IMG/VR virus record: IMGVR_UViG_3300048999_000191 | DNA length: 64,000 bases | DNA from: a virus | Reading direction: 5' to 3' (one strand) | Shown here: positions 46,671 to 54,505 of the stretch, piece after piece | Position numbering within the stretch: the stretch's first letter is position 1 | Layout: each line of letters begins with the position of its first letter | Made by a program: the position numbers and the translations under genes | Notes under the pieces: generated by a model | The model's database searches: none | Seen by the model: the letters and a program-made list of their open reading frames with translations, nothing else | What the model was told of the DNA's origin: nothing

Positions 46671-48317
46671 TCAGGACACCCCGAACCAGGGGGCGTTCGC
46701 GGTGTTGACCATCGACGCCAGCGTGATCGAGGACGGCATGGCGGTCTGGCCGCTTCCGTACTGCGCCATGCGCTTCGCAGAGACCGCCAGGCGGCTGTTT
46801 CCCAGTCCGGTGATGTTCGGGCCGCCACGGGCCAGCTGGGGCGGCGTAGTGCCGTTCACCAGCAGACCGGCGTAGACGAAGCCGGGACTGGCGATCGTCG
46901 GCGGGGTCGTCATCGCGTGCGTGGTCTCGCCGACGGCGCCGAACGCGCCGGAGAGGTCGGCCGTGATGGCGAGCCGGGCGCCGGTCGTCGCGTCGAAGAA
47001 GGCGCCGAAGCACTGGGCCGCCGTCATGCCGCTGCCCGCGACGAACACGCCGGTGTGGAGGTTCGTCAGCACCTGCCCGGCGGTCCGGATGGGCAGCTTC
47101 CAGAGGTAGAGCACGCCCGCCGTGATGGTGACCGCTGCCGAGACGGCGGCCGGGTCGCCGGACCAGCTGACGTAGCCGAAGTCGGCCGGTTGCGGCGCGC
47201 TGCGCGTCTCCAGAACGGTGATCCGGTCGAGGGTGGCCTGGCGTTCCCGGTGGACGTGATCCGTGCGTGCCCAGCTCAGCGCCGTCCCCACCGTGTTCGC
47301 CGTGCCGATCGTCTGCGGGAAGTCCACTCCGGCCCGCGCCGGGTAACCGCCATCGGCGTTGTCCAGGTGCCGGGCGTCGGCGCCGTAGACCGCCTGGACG
47401 GCCTTCGCGCGCGTCGCCGTGTCCCCGGCCGTGGTGAGGTTGTTCTCGATGTGGATCCAGGTGGCGCCCTTCGCGGCCGCGTCGATCCCCTGGACGTTCG
47501 TGACGGCCGTCAGGGAGGTTCCGGACCCGGAGGAGTCCCAGGCGTTGCCCACGGTGAAGCCAGCGGCCGCCAGCTCGGTGCTGACGCGCCGCACTGCCGC
47601 TCCGGCGTTCCCGGTGCCCGCCGAGACGACCTGGGTCAGCCCCGGCGCGGTCGCGTCGCTGTAGACGTGCCACTGGATCTGCCCGATCTTGCGCGAGGCG
47701 TAGGAGGCGGCCAGCTGGTGGAAGACGTTGTTCGTCTGGAGGGAGACGTTGGCCAGCGCCGAGGCCGAGTCCTTGTGCGCCCCGGCCACCATGAGCAGCG
47801 CGCCCCGGCGCTTCTGCCAGTGCGCGAAAGCCATCTGCTCGGAGGACGGATCCGCGATCGGGTGCGGGGCCTCGATGATGATGTCGATCGGCGCCGAGAG
47901 GTCGAACAGGAAGAAGCCCCAGCCGCGCAGGTCGGTCGGCGGGGCCGAGTAGGCCAGCGCGAAGGACCGCTTCGTCACCGCCTCGACACCGGTGACGATC
48001 GTGAAGCCCAGCGGCGTGAGCAGTGTGGCGGCGTCGACCGTGGACGTGAGCATCTTCCCGAGCCCGGCCAGGGCGTTGGTCAGCTCGGTGCCGGTCGGCT
48101 CCCGGTAACCCTGGACGGCGGCGAGCGGCGCGACAAAGTTGTTCAGCAGGGCCAGCACGTCGGTGCCGACCGGAGGGATCAGCGCGGCGGCCGCGTTGGC
48201 CGTCAGGCTGGCGTTGTGGACCCCGTCCTCGATGTGCGCGAGGCGGGTGTCCGTGATCGGGGTGTTTCCGGCCTCGCCGTTCACCCAGGTCTGGGGGTCG
48301 TAGATCGGGGTGCTCAT
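46671..48317 (-). CDS. Tail fibre/spike-like protein with a central hydrolase-like domain
   Basis: N-terminus YDPQTWVNG..GNTPITDTRLAHIEDGV typical of fibre anchors; EAPHP...VAGAH...QWH central domain; ARTDHVH repeat-type motif. Confidence 0.6.
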   Translation of the reverse strand: MSTPIYDPQTWVNGEAGNTPITDTRLAHIEDGVHNASLTANAAAALIPPVGTDVLALLNNFVAPLAAVQGYREPTGTELTNALAGLGKMLTSTVDAATLLTPLGFTIVTGVEAVTKRSFALAYSAPPTDLRGWGFFLFDLSAPIDIIIEAPHPIADPSSEQMAFAHWQKRRGALLMVAGAHKDSASALANVSLQTNNVFHQLAASYASRKIGQIQWHVYSDATAPGLTQVVSAGTGNAGAAVRRVSTELAAAGFTVGNAWDSSGSGTSLTAVTNVQGIDAAAKGATWIHIENNLTTAGDTATRAKAVQAVYGADARHLDNADGGYPARAGVDFPQTIGTANTVGTALSWARTDHVHRERQATLDRITVLETRSAPQPADFGYVSWSGDPAAVSAAVTITAGVLYLWKLPIRTAGQVLTNLHTGVFVAGSGMTAAQCFGAFFDATTGARLAITADLSGAFGAVGETTHAMTTPPTIASPGFVYAGLLVNGTTPPQLARGGPNITGLGNSRLAVSAKRMAQYGSGQTAMPSSITLASMVNTANAPWFGVS

Positions 48318-51300
48318 GGCGTAGCCACTCCTGGGTAGACGTTGAGGCCGGGGAAGACCGCCTCGCCCGGGTAGCCGGGCTGAACGGGGATCGGGGCCGT
48401 GCTGGGACCGGGTGTGGGCACCCGCTCCAGAATCTGGAATCGGTACCACCAGCTGCGGGGGACCGGCAGATTCCAGGTCTGGAAGCGCGCATCCTTGCGA
48501 ATATCGCCGTACTGGTCGTAGGGCATCAGGTTCGGGCTCACCGGTGTCAGTGCCGCGCGGTGATCGATCCCGGAGAACATGCCGCCGTACCAGGGCCGGA
48601 TGGTCACCGAAGACACCGTGGCGCCGGGCCGGTAGCTCACCGCTCGCCAGACCAGCGCGTTGCCCGGCTTCTGCACCAGGTTCACGGCGCTGATCTGCGG
48701 AAAGACCAGCACACCGGACGGGTTGTTGCGGATTTCGTAGGCGGGGATGAACGTGGTGCCGCCGTCGTTGGAGAACGACCAGATGATCGGTTCGGCGTAG
48801 AGCGAGATGTTGTCGACGTCCCAGACGTCCTTGGTGGCGCCCTGCTGCACCACCCGGGCGTAGACGTTCAGGTGCTCGGTGTCCTTCTGTGCCAGCACCT
48901 CGTCATAGGTCAGCGTTCCGTTGCGGGTGGCCGAGGCCCAGGTGGGCTTGTTCACCGCGAGCGAGATCAGCTTCGCGTTCGGGCTCCAGTGGAAGTCCTG
49001 GAAGGACGTGTCGATCGTGTAGTTCGCCCCGCCCGGCCGCGTTCCGCTGTAAACCGACCCCGCCAGCCCGCGCTTGGTGCCCTGCATCAGGTTCACCGCG
49101 CTCGGCGCCGCAGTGCCCTGAAGAACGCTGTCGTAGAGCACGTAGACCTGACGCCCGGAGGTCGCGGCGGGATTGAACAGCTTCGAGTCGGCGAAGACGA
49201 TCGTTACGTTCTTGTTCAGCGGGATGCCGCCCGGTAGGAAGCCTGTCTGGAGGACGGCACCGTTCTGCACCAGGTTGCCCAGCGCATCGAGGTAGATCCC
49301 GTGGTCGAAGTCGAGGCAGGCCACCATCCCGCGTCGCCCGTTGGGGTCGACCTGACCTGCCGTGCCCGCGATCGCGCGCGCCCGGAAGGTCAGGTTGCCA
49401 TTCCACTCCTCGGTGTCGGTCCAGAAGACCGCGTTGTCCGTGGAGGCCACCAGCGTCGCCCCCACCTCGTCGTGGTTGGCGGACTCGGGGTTGTTCGTGG
49501 TGTCCCAGGTGGCCAGGGGTGTCGTCGTGGCGTTCGAGGTGCCGACGTTCCAGTGACGCCCGGCGGAGTCCACCCAGGACTGCTGGACGGTCGCGTCGAT
49601 CCAGGCGCCGTTGCCCTTGCGCGGCATTCCGGCGATGGTCGGGCCCGGGATGCGGCCGTAGGGCGCGGGCGTCCAGCTGAACTTGGTGAACTTCTGATTC
49701 AGGTGGCCCTTGATGCCCTTGGTGACCTGCGCGCCGAAGTTGTGCGTCCGGGTCGACTTCCAGACCCCGTTGACCCAGAACATCATCGCGTACTGGTCGT
49801 ACGGGCTGCCGGTCGGATCGACCTTGTCCGAGGGGACGTAGTCGGCCGGGAGGAAGTCGACACTGATCACATCGCCGGACTGCACGGTGTAGGAGGTGTT
49901 GTTCGCGCCGAGCACCAGGCCGCGCGAGGCCGGAAGGTCGGCACCGAACAGGGCCAGCGCGCCGACCTCGGTGATGAAGAACGGGTCGAGGCGCAGCAGG
50001 GCGAAGGTACCCGGCGTGGCGCTGCCCATGGTGCCCACGGTGACCGACAGCGTGCCCCAAGGGCTCCCGGTGTCCACCCAGTCCGTCTGCCCGTCCGCCG
50101 TGACCGTGGCGGCGGCCGAGACGATGTCCAGGCTCTGCTCGTTCCCGCTGCCGTCGACCGGCCACTGCCACAGCTGACCACTGTCGAGCACGGGCAGGGT
50201 GGTCGCGTTCGGCCCGCCGAAGGTCGCACTCAGGCCCTGACTGCTGTATCCGCTGCTGGCGAAGTCGCTCCAGACCCAGGGAGCCGGGCTGGTCCCCTCG
50301 CCGATGGTGTAGCTGGCGTACCACTCGGTGATCTGGCCCGCCTTCACCTGGGCCTCGGCGTCGGCCAGTACCCGGCCGTCGGCCACATTGACCAGCTGGA
50401 CCGAGAGGGGCAGCGACAGGTCCGCGTCCGCGATCGCGCGCGCGGCGACGTGTACCCGGCCGCCGAGCGGCAGGGAGATCGGCTTCGAGCTGATGCCGCC
50501 GACCTCGCCGGGGATCTGCGAACCGATGGTCACCGCGCCCCAGGTGGCGTTCAGCCCGGTGATACCGCCCCAGGTGTGATAGCCCAGGGAGACCCGGCCC
50601 CAGGTGAGCGGCGGCTGGGAGCGGTTGATTCGCTTCGTCGAGGCCAGCGTGGGCTCCTGGCCGGAGGAGTCGGAGAGCACGGCGTCGCCGACCGAGGTCC
50701 AGCTGGCGATCTCGGGATCGCTCAGATCCGGATCGGGCAGCAGCTGGTCCGGATCGCTCTGCTGGGTCGCGAACTGCACGGCGGTGACGACCCGGTTGGA
50801 CGGGAAGACCTTGCTCTGCACCTGCGCGTAGGCCGCGTCCCCGGAGGTGAGCTGGTGGTCCTGTGGCAGGATCCAGTTGCCACCGTCGGCCACATTGGAC
50901 AGATCGTAGAACAGATCCACGTACTGGTTGGTGTCGTCGGTGTTCAGGTAGCTCAGCTTGTAGGCCGCGATCGAGCGCAGGCCCACGAAGTAGCCGATCT
51001 TCGTGACCTGCGAGTAGTTGATCACCTGGTAGTTGTGGACACCGGTCGACTCCCAGGACGGCGTCGAGCCGGTGGCGTGCATGGGCAGGAACGACCAGGC
51101 CCAGTAGGCGTCGGCCACCTTGGCCCGCACCGCGTTGTCGTAGATCACCCGGGCCGTGGTGTTCGACTTCGGCGCCTTCGTCCCGACGATCGCCGTGCGG
51201 TTGTTGTCCAGCGACTGCGTCAGCGTGTTGACGACGTAGACGTTGTCCCGCCCAGGCAGCAGCTCCGCGAGACCGGCTGCCGAGGTCGGCGCCGAGCCGG

Positions 51301-53203
51301 AGGGAACGGACTTACGCCACTGCTCCGAGGGGAAGACGTTCACCGTCTTGTCGACCGGCCGGTAGACCTCGTAGGTCTGCGGGGAGAGATTGGTGAACTC
51401 CAACTTCCAGTACTTGGCCCGCGTCGGCGGGAAATACAGATATCCCTTGCGCAGCACATAATCCCGGGCGACCGGGTGCCACTCCATGAACGCGTAGCGA
51501 TCCGGGGCGCCGCCGATGAACGCGGACGGCGAGTTGGCGCTGAAGAAGCTGGGATGGTAGCGCAGCAGCGCGTTGTCGGTGCGTGGGTCGTTCTGCCCCA
51601 AGTAGACGCTGTTGAGCACGTAGGGGAACGGGTCGGCGAGGAACTGCTCGACCTCCTCGGGGGTCGGCGAGTCGTCCACCTTGAGGATGAGCGCCTTCAT
51701 CCGCGAGCGCGCCGCGCCCGGAGAGGCGCCCATGAAGGCACCCACGCGCATGGTTTTCACCGGACCGAGGGGGACGCTCAGCGGCAGCGTCCCGGCGAAC
51801 TCGCTGTTGCCGAAACGGATGGCCAGCCCGAGGGTCGTCCCATCGCTCCAGATGATGAAGTTGACCGGCGTTGCCGGGTCGAAGCCGACGAAGACCGGGC
51901 TGTCCGGCGTGGTGTAGATCGGCTGGCCATCGACGTCCACCGAGCCCGTGTAGATGCCCTGCGGCTCGGTCTCGGTCGGCACCAGCAGGCTGTCCCCGGC
52001 CGTGGTGGTGAGCCGGGGGCCGAGCGGGGTCCAGGCCAGGTTGAACTGGTCGCAGGAGAAGATCGGGCAGTCGTAGGCCTGCGTGCCGTGCTTGAACTTG
52101 AAGTTCAGCTGGCCGCCGAAGGACCACGGGCGCGAGGGGTCGAAGGCGATGCCCGCGTTGTTCAGCTCGATGAAGGCGATCGCGGTGTCGAAGGCCGGGT
52201 CGTCGAAGTTGAGCACGTTGCCGGTGACGCCCGCCGAGTTGTTGACGCTGGCGACCACCGGCGGCAGCGGGTCCGAGTTGGATCGGAACGCATTGGTGGG
52301 CTCGGAGTCCGACCAGTACAGGTTGCAGGTCGGGCCGTCATAGAGCGGATCCAGGTAGAACCGGTCGAGGATCTGGCCGTTACCCAGGCCGTCGCGGGCG
52401 TCCACGTAGAAGTTGACCACGGCCCAGGGGATCGGCTGCGGCTCGCTCTTCCAGACCGTGGTGAGGCTGTTCGCGCCGGTAGTCTCACCGATCGCGTTGG
52501 TCGCGGAGTTGACGCGCACCTGGAAGTCCACCGGCGAGCCGAACAGGTCCGTCGTGGTGGCGAAGGTGTCCCGCACCTCTCCCTGGGCGGGCTGGGTGTA
52601 GGGGACGTCGGAGAGCTTCCGGATCGAGTACGAGATCTTGAGGTTCCGGATGGCCAGCGAGTAGGGCATGAGCGCGCCCTGGCTGTTCGTCGGCGGCGTG
52701 CCGCGCTCGGAGCGCGAGAGGACCAGGCGCAGCAGCTTCGTGGAGATCGGCCTGATCTTGAAGGTGACCGTCCGCCAGTGGCCGGTGAAGCTGTGCTGCG
52801 GATGCAGGTGACCGATGATCGCGCTGGCGGGCGGGAGCACCGTGGGCACCGAATCCCGGACGCTGAAGGAGACCGGCGCCGGGCTGCCGGGCAGATCCTC
52901 CAGGCAGGGCGACCAGGCGCCGGTCTGCTCGTCGTAGAACTCGGCGTAGATGTCCTGAGGGAAGGCCGCCGCGTCGAACTCGATCTCGTTCAGCCGCCGG
53001 GCGCTGGTCAGTGTCAGCTGCATGACCTCGCGTGCGGTCGAGCTGGCGTCCCGGGACGGGCTGGCCCAGAACCGCTGGGTGTCCACGCTCTGCTGTGTCG
53101 ATCCGACGCTGTTCAGCCGGATGCCCTCAACGAGGTTCGACAGCGGCATGCCGCCGACCCAGGCCGGGGCCACCGAGGAGCCGGGGAGCTGCGGGGAGGT
53201 CAT
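48314..53203 (-). CDS. Large minor tail/baseplate protein
   Basis: 1629 aa, beta-rich; follows the baseplate wedge genes. Confidence 0.7.
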   Translation of the reverse strand: MTSPQLPGSSVAPAWVGGMPLSNLVEGIRLNSVGSTQQSVDTQRFWASPSRDASSTAREVMQLTLTSARRLNEIEFDAAAFPQDIYAEFYDEQTGAWSPCLEDLPGSPAPVSFSVRDSVPTVLPPASAIIGHLHPQHSFTGHWRTVTFKIRPISTKLLRLVLSRSERGTPPTNSQGALMPYSLAIRNLKISYSIRKLSDVPYTQPAQGEVRDTFATTTDLFGSPVDFQVRVNSATNAIGETTGANSLTTVWKSEPQPIPWAVVNFYVDARDGLGNGQILDRFYLDPLYDGPTCNLYWSDSEPTNAFRSNSDPLPPVVASVNNSAGVTGNVLNFDDPAFDTAIAFIELNNAGIAFDPSRPWSFGGQLNFKFKHGTQAYDCPIFSCDQFNLAWTPLGPRLTTTAGDSLLVPTETEPQGIYTGSVDVDGQPIYTTPDSPVFVGFDPATPVNFIIWSDGTTLGLAIRFGNSEFAGTLPLSVPLGPVKTMRVGAFMGASPGAARSRMKALILKVDDSPTPEEVEQFLADPFPYVLNSVYLGQNDPRTDNALLRYHPSFFSANSPSAFIGGAPDRYAFMEWHPVARDYVLRKGYLYFPPTRAKYWKLEFTNLSPQTYEVYRPVDKTVNVFPSEQWRKSVPSGSAPTSAAGLAELLPGRDNVYVVNTLTQSLDNNRTAIVGTKAPKSNTTARVIYDNAVRAKVADAYWAWSFLPMHATGSTPSWESTGVHNYQVINYSQVTKIGYFVGLRSIAAYKLSYLNTDDTNQYVDLFYDLSNVADGGNWILPQDHQLTSGDAAYAQVQSKVFPSNRVVTAVQFATQQSDPDQLLPDPDLSDPEIASWTSVGDAVLSDSSGQEPTLASTKRINRSQPPLTWGRVSLGYHTWGGITGLNATWGAVTIGSQIPGEVGGISSKPISLPLGGRVHVAARAIADADLSLPLSVQLVNVADGRVLADAEAQVKAGQITEWYASYTIGEGTSPAPWVWSDFASSGYSSQGLSATFGGPNATTLPVLDSGQLWQWPVDGSGNEQSLDIVSAAATVTADGQTDWVDTGSPWGTLSVTVGTMGSATPGTFALLRLDPFFITEVGALALFGADLPASRGLVLGANNTSYTVQSGDVISVDFLPADYVPSDKVDPTGSPYDQYAMMFWVNGVWKSTRTHNFGAQVTKGIKGHLNQKFTKFSWTPAPYGRIPGPTIAGMPRKGNGAWIDATVQQSWVDSAGRHWNVGTSNATTTPLATWDTTNNPESANHDEVGATLVASTDNAVFWTDTEEWNGNLTFRARAIAGTAGQVDPNGRRGMVACLDFDHGIYLDALGNLVQNGAVLQTGFLPGGIPLNKNVTIVFADSKLFNPAATSGRQVYVLYDSVLQGTAAPSAVNLMQGTKRGLAGSVYSGTRPGGANYTIDTSFQDFHWSPNAKLISLAVNKPTWASATRNGTLTYDEVLAQKDTEHLNVYARVVQQGATKDVWDVDNISLYAEPIIWSFSNDGGTTFIPAYEIRNNPSGVLVFPQISAVNLVQKPGNALVWRAVSYRPGATVSSVTIRPWYGGMFSGIDHRAALTPVSPNLMPYDQYGDIRKDARFQTWNLPVPRSWWYRFQILERVPTPGPSTAPIPVQPGYPGEAVFPGLNVYPGVATP

Positions 53204-54504
53204 CGAGCCGCCACCACCGTGTTCACGTTCAGGGAGCTGCGTGCCGAGGCGTAGGGCGCCGAGGTCATCACGCCGTCGGAGACCAGCTGGGTGGCGGCCG
53301 CCTGCGCGGCGGTCATCAGCCCGTTCTTCGCCTCATAGGATCGCGTCGTGCCGTCGCTGTAGGCGATCAAGTCGTCGTCACCCGGGGTCCGGGCGTCGTC
53401 CTCGTTGAGGGTGTAGCTCGTCACGGCCGCCACGTCGCCGTTGAGCGTCCATTCCTCGCCCTGGTACCCCGAGAACGCCGGACGCGCCTGCGGGGCCGCC
53501 ACGGCGAAGGTGGGGTCGAAAGACAGCGCCTTGACGTAGGGGTTGTAGTTCAGGTTGGGATGCGGCGTGACCGAGGAGATGATCTCCCAGTGCTCCGAGC
53601 TGGCCGAGACGTTCCGGATCTCGACCGGCTGGTGGATGTTCAGGCCCTTGTTGAAGACCGTGAATTGCGTCCCCACCGGCTTGAACGTGTTGAGCACCCG
53701 CATCAGCTGGAATTGCTCCCAGGTGGCCAGTGGGCGCTTCGGGACCAGCATCCAGTCCGACCGGGTGCGCTGGCTCGTCCGGCCGGTGAACAGCTGCCCG
53801 GCGCCCGCCCAGTCGCCCCAGGTACGCGCGGTCATGCCCTGGTACGTCCGGACGGTGTTGAGCAGGAAGTTGTAGGTGTAGTTCAGGACGTTGGGCTGGA
53901 AGCGCCCCGCGTCCTGCTCGTCGATCCACGTCCATGACTCGTAGATCTCGCACTCGGCGCCGATCAGCGACTCGGCCATGAGCTTCATGCCGGTGTAGCT
54001 GCCGCCGTTCGGGATCGAGCGCGCGAACTTGATCAATCGATCGCGGTAGCTCGCGTCGCGCGAGTGGATGTCGTCCCACTCGGCCGCCGAGGCGCCATCG
54101 CTGTAGGGGTCGAAATTGCCCGGCAGCAGCTCGGCCTGCGTGCGCCGGATGCCGAACAGCGCGCCGTAGAACCGGTCCAGGTCCAGGAAGTGCATGCCGG
54201 TGAAGCTGTTCTGCATCCGGGCCACGGCCAGCTGCTTGCGCAGCCCTCCGGAGCCGGACCCGCCCAGCATGACCTTGAGCAGCTTCATCAGGTGCGAGGT
54301 GTCGCGCAAGTCGTAGATCTCGGGGTCGAAATGCGCAAGTCGCTCGCTGGTGATCCGGTCCGGCACGATCGGATCGGAGGCGGTGAAGATGCCCTCGGTG
54401 GTATTCGGCTGGCCGGGCGCCAGCTGCATGGACATCAGGTCGGCGGCCGCCGCCGCGTCGAAGTTCTGGAAGAAGGACGGATTCTCGACGAGGGTATCGG
54501 CCAT
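53200..54504 (-). CDS. Baseplate wedge subunit (gpI-like)
   Basis: LDRFYGALFGIRR...DASYRDRL, FKPVGT; directly after baseplate J. Confidence 0.65.
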   Translation of the reverse strand: MADTLVENPSFFQNFDAAAAADLMSMQLAPGQPNTTEGIFTASDPIVPDRITSERLAHFDPEIYDLRDTSHLMKLLKVMLGGSGSGGLRKQLAVARMQNSFTGMHFLDLDRFYGALFGIRRTQAELLPGNFDPYSDGASAAEWDDIHSRDASYRDRLIKFARSIPNGGSYTGMKLMAESLIGAECEIYESWTWIDEQDAGRFQPNVLNYTYNFLLNTVRTYQGMTARTWGDWAGAGQLFTGRTSQRTRSDWMLVPKRPLATWEQFQLMRVLNTFKPVGTQFTVFNKGLNIHQPVEIRNVSASSEHWEIISSVTPHPNLNYNPYVKALSFDPTFAVAAPQARPAFSGYQGEEWTLNGDVAAVTSYTLNEDDARTPGDDDLIAYSDGTTRSYEAKNGLMTAAQAAATQLVSDGVMTSAPYASARSSLNVNTVVAAR

Positions 54505-54505
54505 C

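Noticed and set aside
49301-53254. Long plus-strand ORFs (also 867-2564, 25073-26608, 27749-29404, 38004-39323) and the minus-strand ORF 44639-46828
   Set aside because: Antisense shadows of real genes caused by high-GC codon bias; no motifs or RBS
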